A stretch of 64,000 nt of DNA. Source: Giardia intestinalis (lineage: Eukaryota). The translations under genes and the position numbers were made by a program. The notes under the pieces were generated by a model, which saw only the letters and a list, made by a program, of their open reading frames with translations, was not told where the DNA came from and searched no databases. The first letter of the stretch is position 1. Each line of letters begins with the position of its first letter. The stretch lies in NCBI GenBank assembly GCA_000002435.2, contig CM018793.1. One strand, given 5' to 3'. Below are positions 10,201-18,527 of the stretch, one piece after another.

Positions 10201-11677
10201 TACAATTATTGACTATTATTTCGAGAAGGGGAAAATGGATATAAAAGAAGTGCTTAGTACCGTGGTATCCATGAGGAAGACAGAATATATGACTTCCCTT
10301 GGTGCATCTGCACGGAAGTATGGGCGTCCAGTCTGCTCAGAGCCTTTGCTACCTCGGGAACGTGTTAGACAGCCCACTGAGCTCATGATTGCCACTCGGG
10401 CAGGGGACACAACAGCAATTGCTAAGCACATTTCGCAGTTAGGAGCTCTATGTGAAGGGAAGCTGCTTGCAGGCGGGGGAACTGCCTTACAATGGGCAGT
10501 CTGTGCAGGACACATTGAAGCTGCCCGGCTGTTGCTGGCGGAAGTGGGTATTCTTAGTGATGATGGATATAGCTCTCTGCTGCGAGCATGTGAAAGAGGG
10601 GACCGGGACATGATAGCCCTTTTGATCCCTTACGAGTTGGACTTAGTTGGAGTGACCCAGCTTATAGCAAACGCGAGTATGGGTAACTGTAATGCGTGTG
10701 AGCATATTTTAGGGGCTCCAGAAGGTGTTAAACTGCTGGGTCGGGCTACAGACACAGGCCTCACTGCCTTAATGCTAGCAGCCAGGTACGGGCATGAAGA
10801 CGTTATTGCCCTCTTGCGTTCCCACGAGAGCAACCTTCGTAATCCAAAAGGTGTCACAGCACTGATGGAGGCCGCGGTGAACAATCACGTCGAATGTGTC
10901 AGGCTTCTGATTGATGACGAAGGGGGAATACAAAACAGTGATGGGTTCAGTGCACTTATGCTGGCGGCTTCGCTAGGACATCTGGCTATCATAGAAGCTC
11001 TTATCCCAGAGGAGCATGGGATGCAAACACACACAGGAACAACCGCCCTAATGCTGGCAGCAAGCAGCGGTCATGCAGAATGCGTGCAGAAACTCGCAGC
11101 CCATGAGGCGTGTATCCAGAACGAAACAGGCTGGACTGCGTTGATGTATGCTGCATCAAGGGGGCATGCAGATTGCTTATTTCATCTTTTCGCGGAAGCG
11201 TTCATCCGAAATAGGGACGGTCAGCTTGCGCTAGATATAGCTCTGCAACACAATAAGTATAAGTGTTTTGAGATACTCCAGGGGCGTGAGGCACGAATTC
11301 GAGGGATGACTGACCTGATGCTGCTAACCATTCGCAACGATGTGGACGCCGTGGCGCTATTAGCAGAGTTGCAATCCAATTGTGAAGATGCTGAGAGATG
11401 CACGGCATTAATGTATGCGTGTAAGTTTGGACACTTAAAGTGTGCAGAGATCCTGGCCAAGTATGAAGCTGGGCACCTGGATAAGCGCGGATATAGCGCC
11501 CTTATGTATGCAATTGAAGAAGGAAACGTGGCTTGCATTATGGCTGTTATTGCTCTAGAGATCGACGTTTGGCGAGAAAACGGTCCCAGTCCCCTTGATA
11601 TTGCCATCACAAAAGGGGACCACGAGCTAATCCGGCTTGTGAATGAAAACCTCGGATCTAATGTTTATCCTGCATAA
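7238..11677 (+). CDS. NEK-family protein kinase-like protein (probable pseudokinase) with a very long ankyrin-repeat array
   Basis: N-terminal kinase fold: GQGALGRTYVA, VVVKEI, and NEK-like SDIWSLGCILLELCTL. The catalytic HRD loop is degenerate (LIRLRPSSV) and DFG reads GDLS. About 1200 aa of repeated TALM.AA..GH..CV.LL ankyrin units follow. ATG verified at 7238. Confidence 0.8.
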   Translation: MLSDSASQRYTVPSILGQGALGRTYVAERTSDGRQVVVKEIDLGAFFTDEAIAIETELNVLLDGNSDYLVNVYSIFRDSALNYLYLESEYCTGGSLEDLIKQHRKGGTSAPEPFVWEVLSQMAYGLRDLHRLYKQTERKVLIRLRPSSVLFTNAGRLKLGDLSPCSLSHSLPMRVTSSLPPELFEDKRAPRGPDGGYGFTPSSDIWSLGCILLELCTLQSVTALADPIDDVITTKMDHYSEDLRIMVRMCLRKHASDRISSENLCLLPQVKQALSQFQSITASCASPPSPGVLRSESRGQRYNMVEGDTELILAAAVGKAFAVQQYIMQAGVSNAQGQTAMMLAAMYGHSDCVALLLECEHGLRDAAGKTALMYAAEHGHAGCVGLLKEAEGGLTSSIGQTALMLAATTGSEVCVHLLLTLESGMKDAAGMTALMHAVLHEKLSCVNILMLCEARITNLEGETALISAIRFENIECVKKLAELEAGISSVEGKLAIIIALEQHYLEGFTILLEHEAMTEEGCRLVLRSLMQSESEEFYQTLEAHAAKHSIALGSGLRNPKSVCKNKTDLMLAAEAGDTQRVKQYLEQQGQITTDGWTALMLAAKNNHLQCCELLLHEGNIGVKGRNTALTHAMAANAGPCADILYPVEKYSSNVTSLMWHSYKGDIEFVVQNLRDVRKQTITGVTALMYAAQQGHIACVQVLVDYELKLRSQAGWTALMYAAAFGNAACIWLLFAEARLENRDGETALILATKGGHSSCLDRLCQYEHRLRNRHGWTALMHAAAQNDIGAVKLLVQHEAGIQDRKGQTALMIAVTNGHLECAEILLMEAQLTTHKSLPFTGALSGSSDTKGTTALLIAMRMGFAEGTRLLGRLEDKSTPVTNLMIGASAGSVDQVRYYINQAGMTDEIGATALMYAAAAGNAACVELLMDIEAGRKTDAGDTALMLALRQNHLACMMLLLDSEEHLHESSKQSIIRTAIALERRLCFDTIIDYYFEKGKMDIKEVLSTVVSMRKTEYMTSLGASARKYGRPVCSEPLLPRERVRQPTELMIATRAGDTTAIAKHISQLGALCEGKLLAGGGTALQWAVCAGHIEAARLLLAEVGILSDDGYSSLLRACERGDRDMIALLIPYELDLVGVTQLIANASMGNCNACEHILGAPEGVKLLGRATDTGLTALMLAARYGHEDVIALLRSHESNLRNPKGVTALMEAAVNNHVECVRLLIDDEGGIQNSDGFSALMLAASLGHLAIIEALIPEEHGMQTHTGTTALMLAASSGHAECVQKLAAHEACIQNETGWTALMYAASRGHADCLFHLFAEAFIRNRDGQLALDIALQHNKYKCFEILQGREARIRGMTDLMLLTIRNDVDAVALLAELQSNCEDAERCTALMYACKFGHLKCAEILAKYEAGHLDKRGYSALMYAIEEGNVACIMAVIALEIDVWRENGPSPLDIAITKGDHELIRLVNENLGSNVYPA

Positions 11678-11685
11678 GTTTTAAA

Positions 11686-14600
11686 ATGAGGGTGCTCTTG
11701 CTCCTCTGCTCTACTCTAGCAAACTACTCTTTTGTTTCCCCGCCCATTGCTGCGAAGACGCCGATTAGCCTCGTGGTCTATGAAAGAACAAATACGGATA
11801 TGCTTCCTCAGGAGTCTCCAACGTGTGGTTCAAAGTCTATAACCTGTCCAGGATATACGGATCCTGCCTCTCAAGTAATCTCGTCGTCTACTTGTGTCTA
11901 TACATATCCCTACACTGCATCATCTGCCTCTTCACCTAGCACCTGCACTATTGATAGTGTGAGTATTCCCATTGCTAATAAGGTTGATGGGTACATAGAC
12001 TATCTTCCTCTGCTCCACAATACGTCGTTCTTTGACACGGACGAAAGTTACAGTAGTATGTACGCGTCTTTTAAAACGTATGAAGTCAACGGAAAGACGT
12101 ATGCAAACGTGAGTGAGCTGCCCATCTATGGCACCGCTATCTCTCCGTCTGGGAGAATAGCAGCATGCTACACAGCCAACAGGGTCACTGTCTACTTCGA
12201 CCAGGATACGTCTTCAAGCAACTTTAAAGTTCTCTCAGGAGCAGACCTATTTCCAACTGAAATTCTCCCAGGAGAGATGACCGTCATGTCAGTTGACATC
12301 TCGGATGAGTTTCTTATCATCATGTTCGGCCAAACCAATGGTGGGTCCCAGATTGGCTTTAGAATATTTGAATTAAACATAACCGAAAGTACATTGGATA
12401 AAAAGATTAAGCAATTCTCTGTTAAGACCAAGACAACAGACATGCTATTTCGTGGGAGCACCAGCGGGACAAAGATAGGGTCATTCACTGCAAACAGCTG
12501 TCATAAAGGGAGTGTCGCCCTGGACAAGGTAGGCACAAAAGAATACATCCTGGGGGCAATAGTAACTTGTCCAAACAGTAGCTATACGCACAACTTCATC
12601 TTTACGGCCACAAACGTTGGGACCGCGTTTGCCTTTGTCCTAAAGAAGGATGGCACCTGGCTGGGTCAAACCACACCTCTGCTCCTTGTCCCCGACATAC
12701 CCTCAGACGCTCCACTGACAGAAATAATGAGGAATTACCAATTTACTACAGCAGCCATTCAAAACGGACGAGTGTTTCTTTCTGGAGGAAGCCAGGTGTT
12801 ATACTACACATTTCTGAGCTCTGGTGACTATGGTAGCCTTCAGGGTAAGACAAAGACCCTGAGCTCAATCACTGTTTTTCAAGACAACGCTTCTCCGTTG
12901 ACGCCTGGCCCGGAACCAAGGGACAGAACGTCAACCGTTGGTCCAGCAATGACCTTCACGTACAACAACACCTTCCTCGTTGGAATAGACTCTGGGCAAT
13001 CTCCTGCTGTCGTTTTGGAGTACAATCTAAGCGATTCCACAAACGTAGTCAAACTGGGAGCTATCGTTAACATGTCCACTCCTCATATATTATCCCCCCT
13101 GGGATTTGGGCTAGATAGCGTGGCCATTATAGACAATCAAGATAGAAGTCAAGTGAGGTTTGCTCGTCTTCCGAGCGCGCAACCAGTTACAGCCGACACA
13201 GTGCTCTCCACGACCTCCACCATTGAGTGGATGACCATTACAGCACCTACCACCGTAGAAACAACAGAAGAAGACTCAGACTTTCAGGTACAGTCAGATA
13301 AGATTATTCCCCGGTCGAGAAGGAACCTTGTCTCCCTCTCCTACAGCAATGGCCGGATCGTTGCGTTTAATCCGACCAATATCAGAACTCAAACGCTATA
13401 TCTTGGAAACCTAAGCATGTACAGTGTTCTTGTCGGCGATAAACTTCCAGAACTTGAACTCAACACAAGTACAGCTTCTGCGGGTAGTAATATCACCATC
13501 ACGTATAACACTTTATTTTCAACTACCTCACCACCCAGTGGAAGCGGCACAGACTCGGCCAAGTGCTTGCTATTCAGTTTGCAATATACTGGCAGCAACA
13601 TCGGTCTTTTGCCGAGTGATATCTCTACTAAGTCATATACCAGCACTACATCAGCTAATGCTGGTACATACCTCTCATGTGTGTACACGTTTCAGGTCCC
13701 TATATATGCACACAACTACCAACTGGGCCTGTATTCAGCAGGAGTATTGGTTGCAACTGGCAACCTTTCTGTCACTCCCACTGAGCAAACTACTGTCAAC
13801 GCGGTGATATTCAACCCGTCTATACTACGAAAAGATCGGCAACTCAGTGTCTCGGTCATACCCGGAGACAAGTACGGAAACAGACTAGTGTTTGCAGACA
13901 CTCGCGCGGCTGCTTCTCTACCGAACTGTGACTTTTTCAAGCTTATAGTGTACAACATCTCACAGTATCCCGAGGACGTTGATTACTCTACCGTTAGTAG
14001 CGCGCAAGGACTCGACGAGGTGGCAGAGCTACACTTTGTCAAAAACGGGACACATTATTGCACAACAAAACCGGTTGTTATTAATGCCCAAGGCCAGTAC
14101 CTCTTCAAATTGACAGATAAAGATGACCATGACCTGGAGCTTTCTCCAAGCGTTATGCAACAATTGGTGACGTGGGTGAACGAGCCAGCGGGGCTTAACC
14201 ACCCAAAAATGGCGTGGGGAGTACTTGTTTTGGCGATTGCATTACTCACGCTGGTTATCTTCATTGTACCATTCCTCCTGTATAGGTTTTTCAACAGGCC
14301 TCCGGAGACTATCTTCAAAGGGTCTTACGTGTCTGCAAATAAAGGGGCGACCATAGAAGAGCGCGAGGCCATGCGCAAAAAGTACCAGAATGCAACCCTG
14401 AGTACATCTGGCCAGAGAGTATTGTCGGGAATCCCGTTACTTTCTGTCCTTAGAAATGAGCTGGGAAAGAATCTGTTAGCAAAAAACACAGACGAAGCAG
14501 CAGCATCTATATCTGTTGTTGATGAGCCCAACAAATCAAGTTCTGCATCATTCACGGCTAAGTTCGCAAGACAACTCCATGAGATCCGCTCTACAATCTC

Positions 14601-15390
14601 ACCGAATGTAATCAGCCAGCTCCAATCTGTGAGGAAATACATTAGTACCGGCGCAAATCAGTACGCTAGTACTGATGATTGTTCTGGTTGTAGTAAGTGG
14701 ACGCAAGAAAGCGGGACCTTTTTCATATACACATTTCCCGCAATGGTAGGAGAACCCCCCGAGCCTGCCCTTGTTTTCGCATCTGAGTTTTCTTCTGCTA
14801 ATGTGGTAGAAACATATGTAGACCAGCTCACTTTATGGACGTTGTTGCCAGATGTAGAGGGCCGCCTCGCCATCAAGGGGATCTTTACCTACGAAAACAA
14901 ACCAATTGCAGGCAATAAGTGTGATGGTATTCAATCAGTCCTCAATGCAATATCTTTGACCTCCTCGCACTTCGTCATAGTGCTAGCAGAACCAGCCTCA
15001 CTCTTGAGCAGCCCATCCAAGGCCGATGTTCAGTGTGTTGTTCACGCTCTCAGAGCAGCCATATTCAACTGCATCCCGTCCAGGGGGCTTGGAGGAGCTG
15101 TCCCTTCGTCCCTTTGGAGAGACCGGACAGGAGCTGCCAAGCTCGGCCCGCCAACTATTATGAGCAAGGCCTATATGCTCCAGGGACTTTCAAGCGAGAG
15201 TTCTGCCGACTACGAATTACGCTGTTTGATTGTAGCGCTAGTAGTCTTGTCGTGTGTTCCAGCTGTGGATTACAGAGAGGCACTTGAGTGCAAGATCAAC
15301 AGTGCAGCGATCAGAAACCCTTATCTCGCTGGCTTGTACTCCCAAATCCAATCGGTAGGATGGGCAACCCTGCGTGCTGAGACAGAGTAG
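11686..15390 (+). CDS. hypothetical type I membrane protein (N-terminal signal peptide, single TM near residue 850, cytoplasmic tail)
   Basis: 1234-aa ORF starting 8 nt after the previous stop. N-terminus MRVLLLLCSTLANYSFVS is hydrophobic. TM segment WGVLVLAIALLTLVIFIVPFLLY is followed by basic residues. Confidence 0.65.
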   Translation: MRVLLLLCSTLANYSFVSPPIAAKTPISLVVYERTNTDMLPQESPTCGSKSITCPGYTDPASQVISSSTCVYTYPYTASSASSPSTCTIDSVSIPIANKVDGYIDYLPLLHNTSFFDTDESYSSMYASFKTYEVNGKTYANVSELPIYGTAISPSGRIAACYTANRVTVYFDQDTSSSNFKVLSGADLFPTEILPGEMTVMSVDISDEFLIIMFGQTNGGSQIGFRIFELNITESTLDKKIKQFSVKTKTTDMLFRGSTSGTKIGSFTANSCHKGSVALDKVGTKEYILGAIVTCPNSSYTHNFIFTATNVGTAFAFVLKKDGTWLGQTTPLLLVPDIPSDAPLTEIMRNYQFTTAAIQNGRVFLSGGSQVLYYTFLSSGDYGSLQGKTKTLSSITVFQDNASPLTPGPEPRDRTSTVGPAMTFTYNNTFLVGIDSGQSPAVVLEYNLSDSTNVVKLGAIVNMSTPHILSPLGFGLDSVAIIDNQDRSQVRFARLPSAQPVTADTVLSTTSTIEWMTITAPTTVETTEEDSDFQVQSDKIIPRSRRNLVSLSYSNGRIVAFNPTNIRTQTLYLGNLSMYSVLVGDKLPELELNTSTASAGSNITITYNTLFSTTSPPSGSGTDSAKCLLFSLQYTGSNIGLLPSDISTKSYTSTTSANAGTYLSCVYTFQVPIYAHNYQLGLYSAGVLVATGNLSVTPTEQTTVNAVIFNPSILRKDRQLSVSVIPGDKYGNRLVFADTRAAASLPNCDFFKLIVYNISQYPEDVDYSTVSSAQGLDEVAELHFVKNGTHYCTTKPVVINAQGQYLFKLTDKDDHDLELSPSVMQQLVTWVNEPAGLNHPKMAWGVLVLAIALLTLVIFIVPFLLYRFFNRPPETIFKGSYVSANKGATIEEREAMRKKYQNATLSTSGQRVLSGIPLLSVLRNELGKNLLAKNTDEAAASISVVDEPNKSSSASFTAKFARQLHEIRSTISPNVISQLQSVRKYISTGANQYASTDDCSGCSKWTQESGTFFIYTFPAMVGEPPEPALVFASEFSSANVVETYVDQLTLWTLLPDVEGRLAIKGIFTYENKPIAGNKCDGIQSVLNAISLTSSHFVIVLAEPASLLSSPSKADVQCVVHALRAAIFNCIPSRGLGGAVPSSLWRDRTGAAKLGPPTIMSKAYMLQGLSSESSADYELRCLIVALVVLSCVPAVDYREALECKINSAAIRNPYLAGLYSQIQSVGWATLRAETE

Positions 15391-15618
15391 CGACCACGAG
15401 TGCCTCGGCAGCTTAAGTAAAGGGTCAGAGCATTGTAAGACGGCAAACGTCACAAGGTAAGACGGGCGGCCGTCGTCCTCAAGATAGGTCGCTCCCAATC
15501 ATCATATCTCATACGAATGGATCGGAGGGCGATGAATTTCAAAGTCTAATTCCAATTCTAAATAGATGACTCCAGCTGTAACCTTTACAGCGTCACATGG
15601 GTCGGGTCTTGGAACAAT

Positions 15619-17646
15619 ATGCTTATATGGACACTACTCTTCTCTGCAGTGGCCCAGCAGGCTGCTCTTCTTGACATATATTTGCGAGGCCAAAAGGCAT
15701 ATGGGGACATCGCTGCGGCCGCAAGTGAGCACAACTGCATAGCAGAGGTGAGCAAGGATATGGTCCCCATGTGCAAGAAAATCCTACTCCAGTCGGACCA
15801 CGAAGCAGAAGGCGAGACCATTCAAAGAATTCTTGCACTGCGATTGACAAACTGCTACCTCGAGATGGCAGGAATGTCTCCAATAAACTGCTCTGTGACT
15901 GGCTGGAAAGGCACTATTTTGGGAAGCTTCGGGGTATCTAAGGCAAAGAGTGTGAGTCGGGCCATGGCAGAATGCCTCAAAAGGATTGGTGAGCAGAACT
16001 CTGGTGCTGCCTTTCAGGTGTTTGTACAGCAGCTAGGGCGCGTCTTTGATATTTGCATGTATCTAGATGCGAAAGACTTCCAGCGACAGTCAGCCGAGGC
16101 GGCAGAAACCCTCCTTAGGTCATCCAAGGACGCGTCTGCTTTGATAACATCGGTTCTCGGAACCGTCCAAGGCAGTTATGAAATTCTTGAGGGGTATGTC
16201 CGTCTGCTTGACACTCTATCCAAAAATCTTACCCGCGTTGAGACTACTGCCCGAGAAGATCAAGACCACATACTACGCTCTTTAATGGCGATTCGTCTGA
16301 GCATGCAAGATGGCGAGAAAGAGCTCAACGACCTAATGCTGCATACTGCATCGCTCCAAGAGCAGGTCTTGCACAAGGTTGACTACTCCGTCACGACTCT
16401 CTATTCTCGTTTAGACACCATCAATGACCAGCTTGAAGTTCTTGGAGAAGGAGCCAAGCAACTCACAGACAACGTGAGTGCAATTTCCCAGAGGCTAGAA
16501 ACGGTAAGCAATGACACAGATGCATTGTCAGAGAAATTCCAGCATCTATCGGAGGCTGTAGATGAGAGCAGAAAGGTGATTGAGGCTAACCAAGAAGCTA
16601 GCAGAGATATCATGGTCAATACGCGATTAGCAATGGAATCTATAGAGCAGCAGGCCAAGAAGCAGGCAAAAACACTATCTAACATAAATAGTGCAGTAGG
16701 CAGCATTAGCAGTGGATTAGGAGGTGATGGCTCCTCAGAGTCATCTTGGAAAAGAGTAGGGCCATTGCAACTGCTATGGAAGCTAGAAAGAGCTGCTCCC
16801 GGTGGAATCCTTTGGTATCTTGCACTGCACATATGTGCACAGACGCTGATTAAGCTAGGAGCCAGCGGGAGACATGCTGTATCAGTAAAGCGTGTTGCTC
16901 TTCTGGTCGTTCTCCTTTCATACGGTGCAGAACTCCTGATAAACACGACACTGAACAAGATCCTGACGGCCATATGGCTTTACGGTTGTGCACCGTTCAT
17001 AGCTTTGTTCGGGCGGGTTGCCGAGTGGTTTCGAATCCGTCGCATTCGGAGATTTCTTTTTCTAAGCTGCGAAGGCAATGAGCCTTGCCTGCGGTCCTAC
17101 GAGTCACAGGTTCGCATCACTCCCGGAATGGGATATAAAGAAATATTCTATGGCTACATGTATGGTTTGTGGGAATCTGACTATGTGGACGTACTGAGTG
17201 CTACGTCCCTGCACAGTAAGTTTGGGTGCTCTAGTGAGACTCACGACTGCTTTTTACAGTACGCCCACGATGTGACCAAGTTCAGCATCAGTTCAGGAGC
17301 TGTTTCTACCGTTGTACGGCTAGTATCATCCGCAGGTCTTGCGCTTTATGTCCTTACAGCGGTGCTTAATATACCACGTCTGCGCTTTCCCTTCGAGAAT
17401 ATATACACAAGCTTTATACAGGAAAGAGATGCAATTGGTGAACCAGCCGCCGGATTACAGCGTCAAAACTTTCGCATTAATGAAGAGACTCTCCGATTGT
17501 CTACCTTGGAAAGTCAGCGCCGCACAGAACCGGGAGTTTCCGACCACTCTGTAGTAGCCGCCAAGAAGGGAAATGTACGTGCTGCACGAAGAGAGTACAC
17601 TCTTGCACACAAAAAGCGTTCCAGAGCGAGCTCGGTCTCTCTGTAA
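15619..17646 (+). CDS. hypothetical membrane protein with signal peptide, central coiled-coil and C-terminal hydrophobic helices
   Basis: 675-aa ATG ORF with a hydrophobic N-terminus. A heptad-rich middle section (e.g. QLEVLGEGAKQLTDNVSAISQRLETVSNDTDALSEKFQHLSEAVDESRKVIEANQEA) is followed by C-terminal hydrophobic stretches. Confidence 0.6.
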   Translation: MLIWTLLFSAVAQQAALLDIYLRGQKAYGDIAAAASEHNCIAEVSKDMVPMCKKILLQSDHEAEGETIQRILALRLTNCYLEMAGMSPINCSVTGWKGTILGSFGVSKAKSVSRAMAECLKRIGEQNSGAAFQVFVQQLGRVFDICMYLDAKDFQRQSAEAAETLLRSSKDASALITSVLGTVQGSYEILEGYVRLLDTLSKNLTRVETTAREDQDHILRSLMAIRLSMQDGEKELNDLMLHTASLQEQVLHKVDYSVTTLYSRLDTINDQLEVLGEGAKQLTDNVSAISQRLETVSNDTDALSEKFQHLSEAVDESRKVIEANQEASRDIMVNTRLAMESIEQQAKKQAKTLSNINSAVGSISSGLGGDGSSESSWKRVGPLQLLWKLERAAPGGILWYLALHICAQTLIKLGASGRHAVSVKRVALLVVLLSYGAELLINTTLNKILTAIWLYGCAPFIALFGRVAEWFRIRRIRRFLFLSCEGNEPCLRSYESQVRITPGMGYKEIFYGYMYGLWESDYVDVLSATSLHSKFGCSSETHDCFLQYAHDVTKFSISSGAVSTVVRLVSSAGLALYVLTAVLNIPRLRFPFENIYTSFIQERDAIGEPAAGLQRQNFRINEETLRLSTLESQRRTEPGVSDHSVVAAKKGNVRAARREYTLAHKKRSRASSVSL

Positions 17647-17674
17647 CCAAATCTAAATCAAGAGCCATTAAAAA

Positions 17675-18475
17675 ATGGGGTCCTCTGCATCTCTTGCCAA
17701 GGCATTTAAAATTAACAGTGGGGGATATAATACGTACGAGCAGTTTATTAGCGCTGTTAGAGATGCTAAAATAGAGTGTGCTCGCTTTGTGGTGGCTGTT
17801 GATTTCAGCCGGTCCAACATTAGTAGGGGTCAGAAGGACCCCAAAAGGGGCGCAAGCCTTCATAGCTCGAAGGACATATATGGGAATGTAATCCCAAACG
17901 ATTATAGATACGCTCTAGAGAAGCTCATCGAGGTCATACAGCTCTTTGACTCTGAAACAGAGATCAAGTTCCTCACCTTCGGGATGAAAAAGAAGCTGAC
18001 CGCCGAGCAGATCTCTGTCGATGACCTTGTAAAGCATTATGATGTCATGACTGCAGAGTTCTTTTCACGGATTGAAGCCAACGCAGAAGCGGAGAGCAGC
18101 ACCATCGCCCCAGTTATATATGAAACAATCAAGGACACAGTGAAAAATAAGGACTACCAGATTCTCATTATCCTCACGGATGGAGACCTCACAGATATCG
18201 GTCGAGATGCACAGGCTATCATAGACGCCAGTAACTTCTCCATTTCCATAATTGCACTAGGCATCGGAATCGGGCCTTTCACATCTTACAGCGAGTTTGA
18301 TAACGTCCTTTTCCAGAGAAGATTTGATAACTTTAATTTTGTCAATTTATCAGAACTTCTACGAACAAAGGAGCGAGCAGACGAACCACCCTTGAATGCA
18401 CGGGATTTTGCAAGAATAATCTTATCAGAATGCCCCGCCCAGTATCGCGACATCCGGGAGTTGAACATAGTTTAG
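17675..18475 (+). CDS. copine-like vWA-domain protein, N-terminal MG (myristoylation-type) motif
   Basis: MGSSAS N-terminus. VAVDFSRSN...SLH..., FGMKK and ILIILTDGDLTDIGRDAQAIIDASNFSISIIALGIGIGPFTS match the copine C-terminal A-domain (vWA-like) pattern. No C2 domains. Confidence 0.55.
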   Translation: MGSSASLAKAFKINSGGYNTYEQFISAVRDAKIECARFVVAVDFSRSNISRGQKDPKRGASLHSSKDIYGNVIPNDYRYALEKLIEVIQLFDSETEIKFLTFGMKKKLTAEQISVDDLVKHYDVMTAEFFSRIEANAEAESSTIAPVIYETIKDTVKNKDYQILIILTDGDLTDIGRDAQAIIDASNFSISIIALGIGIGPFTSYSEFDNVLFQRRFDNFNFVNLSELLRTKERADEPPLNARDFARIILSECPAQYRDIRELNIV

Positions 18476-18527
18476 TAAGAAGCTGAGATTTAAATGTATT
18501 TTTTAGGGACCGCGTGTAATTCTTGCC

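Noticed and set aside
8242-11610. Numerous antisense ORFs inside the NEK/ankyrin gene, and similar ones inside the four ANK-coiled-coil genes (e.g. 38107-38592, 40505-40903, 55267-55686)
   Set aside because: Ankyrin-repeat coding DNA is periodically repetitive and Ala/Leu-codon rich, which keeps the antisense frame open. None has an independent start context or domain.
16401-16973. 190-aa minus-strand ORF inside the 15619-17646 gene
   Set aside because: It lies fully within a longer sense ORF that has signal peptide, coiled-coil and TM logic. It is an antisense artefact.
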